Of a stretch of 64,000 nucleotides of DNA, positions 23,101 through 34,950 are shown one piece after another. The stretch covers positions 70,990,001 to 71,054,000 of the forward strand of contig OZ038379.1 of NCBI GenBank assembly GCA_964036045.1, written 5' to 3'. Under the pieces are notes generated by a model. The model worked only from the letters and a program-made list of their open reading frames with translations, made no database searches and had not been told where the DNA came from. Numbering within the stretch: the stretch's first letter is position 1; every line of letters starts with the position of its first letter. The position numbers and the translations under genes are program-made. Source of the DNA: Eutreptiella sp. 'Long Island Sound 2002' (lineage: Eukaryota; Protista; Euglenida).

Positions 23101-26100
23101 AAAGATTCACCGCAGGTGGTCTAAGGCGATACAAAAGTGTTGCGGTGGCCTAGTGCAACGTCTAAGGGCTACGGTGAATCCCTGAGGGGTCAACACCCCT
23201 CACGGATTCACCGCAGGTGATCTACTGTGATGTACAAAGATTGCGGTGAATCCCTCACGAGTCTACAACCCCCAAGGATTCAAGGCAGGTGGTCCATTAC
23301 GATGTATAAGGCCGAAGGCGAATCCCACAAGGGTCTGCACCCCCCGGGGTTTCACGGCACCGCGGGTGGTCTAGTGCGATATGTCAGGGGTCTGCACCCC
23401 TCAAACACTCGCCGTAGGTGGTCTCTTGTGATGTATAAGCGCTACGGTGAATGCCTCAGAGGTCTATACCCCGCAAGGCTTCACCAAACGTGGCGTATTG
23501 CGATGCATACTTGTTGCGTTGCATCTTTGAGGGGTCCACACCCCTCAAAGATGCAACGCACGTGTTCTACTGCGTTGTATAGGCGCTGCGGTGCATCCTT
23601 AAGGGGTCTACTCCCTTCAAGGATTCACCGCAGGTGGTTTGCTGCGACGTATAAGTGCTGCGTTGAATACTGAAGGGGTCTATAAGTGTCAAGGATTCAC
23701 CGCGGGTGGGGTAGTACGATGTATAAGTGTTGCCTTGAATCCCTAACGTTGTATAGGTATTCCGCTGAATTCCTTAGTGGTCTATGTCGCTCAAGGATTC
23801 AGGCCAGGCGGTCTACTTCGTTGTATAAGGGGTGAGGTGATTCTCTAAGGGTTCTACACCCCTCAAAGATTCACCGCACGTGCTCTACTGCGATGTATAA
23901 GTGTTGCCGTGGAGCCTTCACGGGTCTACACATCTAATAGATTCACCGCAGGTAGTCTACTACGATGTATACGTGTTGCGGTGCCTGCTTGAGAAGTTTA
24001 CGGCCCTCAAAGATTCACCGCAGGTGGTCTAAGGCGATGCAAAAGTGTTGCGGTGGCCTACTGTAATGTCTAAGGGGTACGGTGAATCCCTAAGGGGTCA
24101 ACACCCCTCACGGATTCACCGCAGGTGATCTACGGCGATGTACAAATATTGCGGTGAATCCCTCAGGAGTCTACAACCCCCAAAGATTCAAGGCGGGTGG
24201 TCCACTACGATGTATAAGGCCGACGGTGAATCCCACAAGGGTCTGCAGCCCCCGGGGTTTCACAGCACCGCAGGTGGTGTACTGCGATATACAAGTGCGC
24301 ACTGAATCCGTGAGGGGTCTACACCCCTGAGACACTTGCCGTAGGTGGTCTCTTGTCATGTATAAGTGCTACGGTGAATCTTTGAGAGGTATATACCCCA
24401 CAAGGCTTCACCGGACGTGGCGTATTGCGATGAAAAATTGGTGCGGTGAATCTCTGAGGGGTCTACACCCCTCGAAGATGCACCGCACGTGGTGTGCTGC
24501 GTTATATAGGCGCCGCGGTGAATCCTTGAGGGGTCTACACCCCTCAAGGATTCACCGGACTTGGTCTGATGCGATATAGAAGGGGTGCGGTGAATGCTTG
24601 AGGGGTCCACAACCCTCAATGATTCACCGCAGGTGGTGTACTGCGATGCATAAGTGCTGCGAGGAATCCCTTGAGGGGTCCTTGAGGGGTCTAAGGGCCT
24701 CAAGGAATCACCGCAAGTCGTCTACTGCGATGCAGAAGTGCTGCGGTGAATACTTGAATGGCCTACACCCGTCAAGGATTCACCACAAGTGGTGTACTAT
24801 GATGTATAAGTGGTGCGTTGAATCCCTGAGATGTGTACACCCCTCATGGATTTACCGCAGGTGGTGTACTGCAATGTATAAATGTTGTGGTGAACCCTTG
24901 AGAGGTGTACACCCCTCACCGAATGACCGCACATGGTCTGCTGCGATGTATAAGTGTTGCGGTGCATCACTAACCGGTCGATCTCCCTCAAGGATTAACC
25001 GCAGTTGGTCTCATGTGATGTATAAGTGCTGCGGTGAGTCCTGAGGGATCTACACCCGTCAATGATTCACCGCAGGTGGTCTACTACGATGTATAAGTGT
25101 TCCGGTGAATAGATGAGCCGTCTACCGCCCTCAAGGATTCATCGCAAGTGGTGTGCTGCGATGTATAGATGTTGCGGTCAATCCGTGATAGCTCCACACC
25201 CCACACGGATTCACCGTGGTTTACCGCGATGTATAAATGATCCGTTAAATCGATGAGAGGTCTACACCCCTCATGGAGTCACCGCTGCTGGTGTACTGCG
25301 ATGTATAAGTGTTGCAGTGAACCCTCGAGAGGTGTAGGGCCCCTCAACGAATCACCGCACGTGGTCTACTGTGATGCTTAAGTAATGCGGTGCATCCCTA
25401 ACGAGTCAACAGCCCTCAAGGATTCACCGCAGGTGGTCTACTACGATGTATAAGGGCCACGGTGAATCCCTAAGGAGTTTACACCCCTCAACTTACCGGA
25501 TGTGGTGGACTGTGATACTTTGGTGTTGCGGTGAATCTCTAACGGGTGTACACCCCTCAAGCATTCACCGCAGGTGGCCTAGTGCGACGTATAAATGTTG
25601 CATTCAATCCATGAGAGGTCTACACCCCTCGGGGATTCACCGGAGTTGGTGTACTCTGATGTATAAGTGATGCGGTGAATCGGTGAGAGGTGTACACTCC
25701 TCAACAAATCACCGCACGTGGTGTACTGCGATGTATACGTCCTGCTGTGCAACCCTAACGGGTCTATACCCCTGAAGGAATAACCGTAGGTGGTCAACTA
25801 CGATGTATAAGGACTGCTCTGATTCGCTGATGGGTTTACACCCCTCAAAGATGTGCCGCATTTGGTCTGTTGCGATGTAAAAGCGCTGCGGTGAATCCAT
25901 GAGGGGTGTACACCCCTCAAGGATTCACCGCACGTGGCGTACAGCGATGTATAAGTGCTCCGGTGAGTCCTTGAGGGGTCTACACCCCTCAAGAATTCAT
26001 CACACGTGGTCTACTGCGATGCACGACGCTACCCTGAATCCTTGAGGGGTCCACACCCCTTAAGGATTCACCGCAGGTGGTGTACTACGATGGACAAATG

Positions 26101-29100
26101 CTGCCGTGAATCCGTAAGGGGTCTACAGCCCCTAACAATTCACCGTAGATGGTCTACTACCATAGAGAAGTGGTGCACCGAATCCCTTGAGAGGTCTACT
26201 CCCCTCAAGGAATCACTGCAGGCGGTGTACTGCCATGTATCAGTGTTGCGGTGAAACCCTGAATGGTCTACACCCCTCAAGGATTCACCGCAAGTGGTCT
26301 ATGGTTGTATAACTGCTACACTGAATCCGTAAGAGATCTACACCCCTCAAGGATTCACCGAAGGTGGTACATTGCGATGCATAAGTGTTGCGTTGAATCC
26401 ATGAGGGGTCTACACCCCTCATGGATTCACCCCAGGTGGTGTAATGCAATGTATAAGTGTTGTGGTGAACCCTTGAGGGGTGTACACCCCTCAACGAATC
26501 GACGCACGTGGTCTGCTGCGATGTATAAGTGTTGCGGGGCATCCCTAACGGGTCGATCTCCCTCAAGGATGGACCGCAATTGGTCTCATGCGATGTATAA
26601 GTGCTGCGTTGAATCCCTGAGAGTTCTGCATCCCTCAATGATTCACCGAAACTAGTCCATTGTGATGTACAAGTATTGCGGTGAATCCCTTAGGTGTCTA
26701 CGCGCTCAAAGATTCACCGCAAGTGGTCTATGGTGATGTAAAAGTGCTAGAGTGAATCGCTGAATGGTCTACAAATATGCAAGATTCACCGCAGGTGGTT
26801 TACTGCGATGTGCAAGTTTTGAGTTGATTCCGTGACACGTCTACACCCCTCACGGATTCACCGCACGTGGTAGACTGCGGTGTATAAGTGTTGTGTTCAA
26901 TCCATGAGAGGTCTACACCGCTCGTGGATTCATCGCAGCTGGTGTACTACGATGTATGAGTGTTGCGGTGAATCGGTAAGAGGTGTACACCCCTCAACAT
27001 ATCACCGCGCGTGGTGCACTGCGATGTATAAGTGCTGCGGTGCATCCCTAACGGGTCTAGAGCTCTGAAGGAATCACCGCAGGTGGTCAACTACGATGTA
27101 TAAGAACTGAGCTGATTCACTGATGCTTCTACACCCCTCAAAGATTCACCGCATTTGGTCTACTGCGATGTATAAGTGTTGTGGTGAATAGATGAGCCGT
27201 CTAACGCCCTCAAGGATTCATCGCAAGTGGTGTACTGCGATGTATACATGTTGCGGTCAATCCGTGAGAGCTCCACACCCCACACGGATTCACCGTGGTT
27301 TACCGTGATGTATAAATGATCCGTTAAATCGATGAGAGGTCTACACCCCTCATGGAGTCACCGCTGCTGATGTACTGCAATGTATATGTGTTGCGGTGAA
27401 CCCTTGAGAGGTGTACGCCCCTCAACGAATCACCGCACGTGGTCTACTGCGATGCTTAAGTGATGCGGTGCATCCCTAACGAGTCAACAGCCCTCAAGGA
27501 TTCACCGCAGGTGGTCTACTACGATGTATAAGGGCCACGGTGAATCCGTGAGGGGTCTACACCCCTCGATTCACCGGACCTGGTGGACTGTGAGACTTTG
27601 ATGTTGCGGTGAATCACTGACGGGTGTAGAGCGCTCAAGCATTCACCGCGGGTGGCCTAGTGCGACGTATGAATGTTGCATTCAATGCATCAGAGGTCTA
27701 CACCCCTCGGGGAGTCATCGGAGTCGTTCTACTCGGATGTATAAGTGTTGCGGTGAGTCGGTGAGGGGTGTGCACCCCTCAACAAACCACCGCACGTGGT
27801 GTACTGCGATGTATATGTCCTGCGGTGCAACCCTAACGGGTCTATACCCCTGAAGGAATAAGCGCAGGTGGTCAACTACCATAAAGAAGGACTACGCTGA
27901 TTCACTGGTGGGTGTACACCCCTCAAAGATTTACCGCATTTGGTCTGATGCGATGTATAAGCGCTGCGGTGAATCCATGAGGGGTGTACACCCCTCAAGG
28001 ATTCACCGCGGTGAATCCATGAGGGGTGTGCACCCCTCAAGGATTCACCGCACGTGGTGTACAGCGATGTATAAGTGCTCCGGTGAGTCCTTGAGGGGTC
28101 TACACCCCTCAAGGATTCATCACACGTGGTCTACTGCGATGCACGACGCTACCGTGAATCCTTGAGGGGTCCACACCCCTTAAGGATTCACCGCAGGTGG
28201 TGTACTACAATGGATAAATGCTGCCGTGAATCCGTAAGGGGTCTACAACCCCTAACAATTCACCGTAGATTGTCTACTACCATGGAGAGGTGGTGCACCG
28301 AATCCCTTGAGAGGTCTACTCCCCTCAAGGAATCAGTGCAGGCGGTGTACTGCCATGTATCAGTGTTGCGGTGCAACCCTGAATGGTCTACACCCCTCAA
28401 GGATTCACCGCAAGTGGTCTATGGTTGTATAACTGCTACACTGAATCCGTGAGAGGTCTACACCCCTCAAGGATTCACCGAAGGTGGTAGATTGCGATGC
28501 ATAAGTGTTGCGTTGAATCCATGAGGGGTATACACCCCTCATGGATTCACCCCAGGTGGTGTAATGCAATGTATAAGTGTTGTGGTGAACCCTTGAGGGG
28601 TGTACACCCCTCAACGAATCACCGCACGTGGTCTGCTGCGATGTATAAGTGTTGCGGTGCATCCCTAACGGGTGGATTTCCCTCAAGGATGGACCGCAAT
28701 TGGTCTCATGCGATGTATAAGTGCTGCGTTGAATCCCTGAGAGTTCTACACCCCTCAATGATTCACCGCAACTAGTCTACTGCGATGCATAAGTATTGCG
28801 GTGAATCCCTGAGGTGTCTACGCCCTGAAAAATTCACCGCAAGTGGTCTGTTGCGATGTATAAGTGCTACGGTGAATCCCTGAATGGTCTACAAACTTGC
28901 AAGATTCACCGCAGATGGTTTACTGCGATGTATAAGTTTCGCAGTGAATTCGTGACAGGTCTACACCCCTCACGGATTCACCGCACGTGATAGACTGCGG
29001 TGTATAAGTGCCGTGTTCAATCCATGAGAGGTCTACACCGCTCGTGGATTCCCCGCAGTTGGTGTACTCCGATGTACAAGTGTTGAGCTGAATCGGTGAG

Positions 29101-32100
29101 AGGTGTACAACCCTCGACATATCACCGCGCCCGGTGTACTGCGATGTATAAGTGCTGCGGTGCATCCCTAACGGGTCTATAGCTCTGAAGGAATCACCGC
29201 AGGTGGTCAACTACGATGTATAAGAACTGTGTTGATTCACTGATGGGTCTACACCCCTCAAAGATTCACCGCATTTGGTCTACTGCGATGTGTAAGTGTT
29301 GCGGTGAATAGATGAGCCGTCTAACGCCCTCAAGGATTCATCGCAAGTGGTGTACTGCGATGTATACATGTTGCGGTGAATCCGTGAAGGGGCTACACCC
29401 CTCAAGGATTCACCACACGTGGTCTATTACAATGTATACGTGTTGTAGTGAATCTCTTAGGGGTCTGCACCCCTTAGGGTTTCATCACAGGTGGTCTACA
29501 ACGTTGTATACTTGCTACCGTGAATCCTTGAGGGGTCCACACCCCTGGTGGATTCACGGAAGGTAGTGTACTACAATGCATGAGTGCTGCCGTGAATCCG
29601 TAAGGGGTCAACAGCCCGCAACGATTCACCGTAGGTGGTCTACTGCCATGGAGAAGTGGTGCGGTGAATCCCTTGAGGGGTCTACACCCCTCAAGGAATC
29701 AGTGCAGGCGGTGTACTACAATGTATCAGTGTTGCGATGAAACCCTAAAAAGTCGACACCCCTCAAGGATTAATCGTAGGTGGTTTACAGCGATGTATAC
29801 GTGCTGCACTGAATCCGTGAGAGGTGTATACCCCTTAAGGATTCACCGCAGGTGATCTAGGGCAATGTATAAGTGTTGCGGTGAATCCTTGAGGGGTCTA
29901 CACCCCTCAAGGATTGACAGCAGGTGGTTTACTGCGGTGTATAGTTGCGGCAGTGAATCCGCGAGAGGTCTACACCCCTCAACGAATCACCGCACGTGGT
30001 TGACTGTGATGCATCAGTGTTGCGGTGAATCTCTGAGGGCTCTACACCCCTCAAGGACTCGCACATGGCTTGCCGCGATGTATAAGTGCTGTGTTGAATC
30101 CCTGAGAGGTCTACACCCCTCATGGATTCCCCGCAAGTGGTGCACTGCAATGTCTACGTGTTGCGATGAACCCTTACGAGGTGTACAGACTTCAACGAAT
30201 GCCACACGTGGTCTACTGCAATGTATAAGTGTTGCGGTGCATCCCTAACGGGTCGATACGCCTAAAGCATTCACCACAACTAGTCTCAAGCGATGTATAA
30301 GTGCTGAAGTGAATCCTTGGAGGGGGTCTATACCACTCAAGGATTTATCGTAGCTGGTCTACTGCATTGTATCAATGCTGCGGTGAATCTTGAGGGGTCT
30401 ACACCCCTCAAGGGTTCACGGAAAGTGGTAGACTCACCTCTACACCTCTCATGGATTCACTGCACGTGGTGTACTGCAATGTTTAAGTGCCGTGGTGCAC
30501 ACTTGAGAGGTCTACACCCCTCAACGAATCACCGCACATGGTCTGCTGCGATGTATAAGTATAACCGGTGCCTCCCTAACAGGTCGATCTCCCTCAAGTA
30601 TTCACCGCAGTTGGTCTGATGCAATGTATAAGTGCTGCGGTGAATCCTGAGGGGTCTAAACCCCTCAGAGATTTACCGCAAGTGGTCCCCTGCGTTGTAT
30701 AAGTGTTGCACTGAATCCCTCAGGCGTCTACTGCCCTCAAGGATTCACCGCAAGTGGTCTACAACGATGTATAAGTGCTACGGTGAATCCGTGAATGGTC
30801 TACACCCCTCAAGGATTCACCGCTAGTGGTTTACTGCAATGTATAAGTCTTGCGTTGAATCTTTGAGAGCTCTACACCCCTCACGGATTCACCGCAGGTG
30901 GTAGACTGCGATGTATAAGTGTTGCATTGAATCCGTGAGAGGTCTACACCCCTCCTGCATTCACCGCAGGTGGTGTACTGCGATGTAGAAGTGTTGCGGT
31001 CAACAAATCACCGCACGTGGTCTATTGCGATGTATAAGTGTCGCGGTGCATCACTAACGGGTCGACGGCCCTCAAGGATTCACCGCAGGTGGTCTACTAC
31101 GATGTATAAGTGCCACGGTGAATCCCTGAGGGGTCTAGACCCCTCAATGATTCACCGCAGGTGGTGGAATGTGATACTTCAGTGTTGCGGTGAAACACTG
31201 AGAGGTCTATACCCCTCAACGATTCACCGCTCATGGGCCACTGCGATTTACAAGTGTTGCGGTGAATCCCTAAGGGGTGTGCACCCCTCAAGGATTCACC
31301 GCAAGTGGCCTAGTGCGACGTATACATGTTGCATTCAATCCATGAGACGACTACACCCCTCGGGGATTCACCGCAGTTGGTGTACTCCGATGTATAAGTG
31401 TTGCGGTGAATCGGTGAGAAGGTCTACACCCCTCAAAAATTCACCGCACGTGGTGTACTGCAATGTATAAGTGCTGTAGTGAATCCTTGAGGGGTCTATA
31501 CCACTCAAGGATTTACCGCGGGTGGTCTACTGCATTGCATGAGTGGGGTCTACACCCCTCACTGATTGACCGCACGTGGTCTACTGCGATGTATAAGTGT
31601 TGCGGTGAATCCGTGAGGCGTCTACACCCCTCAAGGATTCACCGCACGTGGTCTACTACGATGTATAACTGCTGTGGGTCTCTGAGGGGTCTACACCCCT
31701 CAAAATTTACCACAGGTGGTCTAATGCGATGTATGAGTGTTGCGGTAAATATGTGAGGCGTCTACAGCCCTGAAGAATTCACCGCAGGTGGTCTACTATG
31801 ATGTATGGAGCTGTGGATCCCTGAGGGGTTTGCGTCGCTCAAGGATTAACTGCAGGTGGTCTGGTGCCATGTATAAGTGTTGCGGCGAATCCTTGAATGG
31901 CTTACACCCCTCAAAGATTCATTGCAGGTGGCTTACTACGATGTATGAATCCTACAAAGAATTTGTGAGAGCTCAACACCCCTGAAGGATTCACCGCAAG
32001 TGGTAGGCTGCAATGTATAAATGTTGCGGTGAATCCCTAAGAAGTCTCCACGCCTCCTGGATTCACCGCAGGTGCTTTATTGCGATGTATAAGTGTTGTG

Positions 32101-32430
32101 GTGAACCCTTGAGAGATCTACACCCCTCAACAAATCACGGCACGTGGTCTACTGCGATGTATAAGTGTTGCAGTGAATCCCTGAGTGGTACAAACCCCTT
32201 AAGGTTTGACCCCAGGTGGTCTACTGCAATGTATAAGTGTTGCGGTCAATCCCTCAAATTTCCATACCCCTGAGGGATTCACCACAAGTAGTCTAATGCG
32301 ATGGAAAGGTGTTGCGGTTAATCCGTGAGGGGTCTACACCCCTCACGAATTTACCAGAGGTGGTCTCCTGCGATGCATCAGCGTTGTGGTGAATCCTAGA
32401 GGCGTTTACACCCCTCAAAGATTCACCGCA
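20139..32430. repeat. 72-bp palindromic satellite, main array (~170 monomers) with higher-order duplications
   Basis: Same monomer as 11319-13498. Variant marker GATGAGCCGTCTA at 25112, 27191 and 29311 (~2.1-kb duplication); variant TCAGGCCAGGCGG block near 20462, 22181, 22888 and 23796. Confidence 0.97.
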
Positions 32431-32454
32431 ACCCTGCGAAGTATATGTATATAT

Positions 32455-32865
32455 AGAAGGGTGCAAACCATTCTGTACATGGGTGCAAGGGGTCTACACC
32501 CCTGCACAAGTGTTGCATTGATACATAGAACGGTGCACACCCTTCTAAAAATAAGCGTAGGGGGTGTTTTCCTATGTACAAGTTCTGTGGTAATATATAC
32601 AAGGGTGCAAACCCTTCTACATATCAGTGCAAAGGGTATAGTCCCCTCTACAAGTGCTGTGCTAAGATACAGAAGGGTGCAGACCCTTCAACATATTAGC
32701 ACACGGGATCTACAGCCCTGCACAAGTGCTGCGCTGATATACATAAGGGTGCAGACCCTGCTACATATTAGCACAGGGGATCTACAGCCCTGCACAAGTG
32801 TGGCGCTGATATACAGAAGGGTGCACACCCTTCTGCATATCAGTGTAGGGGGTGTACTCCACAAA
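32455..32865. repeat. Second 72-bp tandem repeat (two short hairpins per unit), ~5-6 copies
   Basis: AAGGGTGCA anchor at 32601, 32673, 32745 and 32817. Unit contains GAAGGGTGCAGACCCTTC and CAGGG...CCCTG stems and shares GGGGTCTACACCCC and AAGTGTTGC with the main satellite. Confidence 0.9.
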
Positions 32866-33484
32866 ACCCCATAAGAGATGGGAACCAAACTGCCACACAA
32901 CCCCATAAGAGATGGGAACCAAACTGCCACACAAACCAATAGGAGGTGGGAACCAAACTGCCACACAACACCATAAGAGGTGAGGCCCAACCTGCCACAC
33001 AAAACCATAGGAGATGGGAACCAACCTGCCACACAACACCATAAGAGATGAGGACCAAACTTGCACACAACACCATAGGAAATGGGAACCAACCTGCCAC
33101 ACAACACCATAGGAGATGGGAACCAAACTCCCACACAACACCATAAGAGGTGCGGACCAAACTTCCACACAACACCATAGGAGATGGGAACGAAACCGCC
33201 ACACCACACCATAAGAGGTGAGGCCCAACCTGCCACACACAACCATAGGAGATGGGAACTAACCTGCCACACAACACCATAAGAGATGAGGACCATACTT
33301 CCACACAACACCATAGGAGATGGGAACCAACCTGCCACACAACACCATAGGAGATGGGAACCAAACTGCCACACAACACCATAGAGATGAGAACCAAACC
33401 GCCACCCAAACCCATAAGAGATGGGAACCAGCCTGCCACATATCCCCATAAGAGATGGGAACCAAACTGCCACACAGCACCATA
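32866..33484. repeat. 34-bp minisatellite (CCATAGGAGATGGGAACCAAACTGCCACACAACA), ~18 copies
   Basis: CCATA anchors at 33005, 33039, 33073 and 33107. Confidence 0.95.
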
Positions 33485-34920
33485 CCTAGACCTACACTAG
33501 AGTGCAGGTGAGGTAGCATACCGAATACGTTGGCAAGGCAAGGTAAATCCGAAAGCAGCGGCTGCAATGGCAGCATCACAGCATTGCATACAAAACCCAT
33601 GAAAGAAAAACAGGCGTAGCCCTCCCGAAACCAAAGGCACACATCTTCGACGAACTGGGGGGGGGCGCTGACCATTGTGGGGGGGGGGGCATCTTCCATT
33701 GGGGAGGTCTTATGTGGGTCGTAGAGGGGGGGGGGGGGCTGATGTAGTGCATCATGAGGGGGGGGGTGCGGGAGGTGGGTTTATGGTTGGGTAACGGCGG
33801 TCCGTAAAAAGCTGATGTCTGATGTCTCATGGCCAACTTGGTCGTTATACACAATCCTGCAGCAAGGTTGAGACCCACCCTATGCAGCCTAGCCAGATGT
33901 TGATGAAATCATGCCAAAAATGACACAAATGTGCAAATTCTTCAAAGAGGACGCATGGACAGGCTCCAAACCCTTTCAAAAATAATTCCCCGCCCTCATA
34001 ATGGGGGATGTCCCTATGTGTCCTCAACCTCTACCTGGTGGGCTGCCAATCCACAAATTTGGAGGGGGGCTTACCCCCCACCACACACAGACACGCGCGC
34101 GCAAAAGCACCCATATATGTTTGATACCCGATAGGGCTGCCCGCGGGGACGAACCTATGTGCCATCCTAAGGCCACAATGCCCCGTGGGGGTGAACTTAC
34201 ACACATTGTTGAAGAAAACAGTTTAGGGTCATGGGGGGCACCTAGGTGTAATCCTTGACATCGACACCCATCCTACATTTTGGGCCCCTTGGGGGGGGGG
34301 TCCAAGCAATATTCACACCCCATTTTATTTGGAATGAGTCAGCTTGCACAATGGATGTGCCACAATTTGCACATTGAACCACAACTGTAGTCTCTTCTTC
34401 GTAGAAGAAGATAGTGTCAACACATCAATGTGCAACCCCCCCCCCAACACACACATGGGTACCATTCTTGTGGACAAGTACCCCTAATTGTTAATGAATC
34501 ATGGCTGTAGGTATTCCCAATTTGCAGCACTTGCGACGCCGCAAAATACCCCCCATTAGGATTCTTACCTTGCGGCCCCTACGACATGCCTTGTGGCATG
34601 CAATTTGGGTACTTATCTTGGAATGGGGGAATTGTTGTTCTGGGCATTCTTTCATTCAGGCTGTGCAGATCCCTTTGAATAACTATACACTTGGGGTGTA
34701 AGCTGACATTTGCACCAAATTGGGGATGGATTGGGAAAAGAATATCTTGTGACTCCATTGGATGGTCCTTGTCGTAGTTCACATCTAACAGTGCAACGTG
34801 AAACATCAACCATATGGTCCATGGCACCATTTCCCCAAGAGGTTTGGGGAATAGTGTAGAGGGTCTCCAACGGTATGACAGTACAAGGTCAGAGAGGGTT
34901 GTAAAGGGGCAAATAATTTT

Positions 34921-34950
34921 GTATTGTATTGTATTGTATTGCATTGTGTT
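34921..34950. repeat. (GTATT)n microsatellite
   Basis: Four perfect GTATT units at 34921-34940, then degenerate units. Confidence 0.85.

Noticed and set aside
11962-32273. Cys/His-rich 24-aa repeat ORFs (MYKCCGESLRGLHPSRIHRRWSTA) as a zinc-finger gene
   Set aside because: Spacing does not fit C2H2, frames are broken repeatedly by indels and stops, and the 24-aa period is simply 72/3.
11319-32430. CRISPR-like array (hairpin repeat plus ~28-bp spacer)
   Set aside because: The spacers are as conserved as the repeats, no cas genes are present and the context looks eukaryotic.
32688-33475. Hydrophobic repeat ORFs (e.g. 261 aa) as a membrane protein
   Set aside because: The 34-bp unit cycles through frames and the same peptide appears in all three minus frames.
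33845-34027. YEGGELF as a 2OG-Fe(II) oxygenase or kinase fragment
   Set aside because: A single short word with no flanking HxD...H or kinase motifs.
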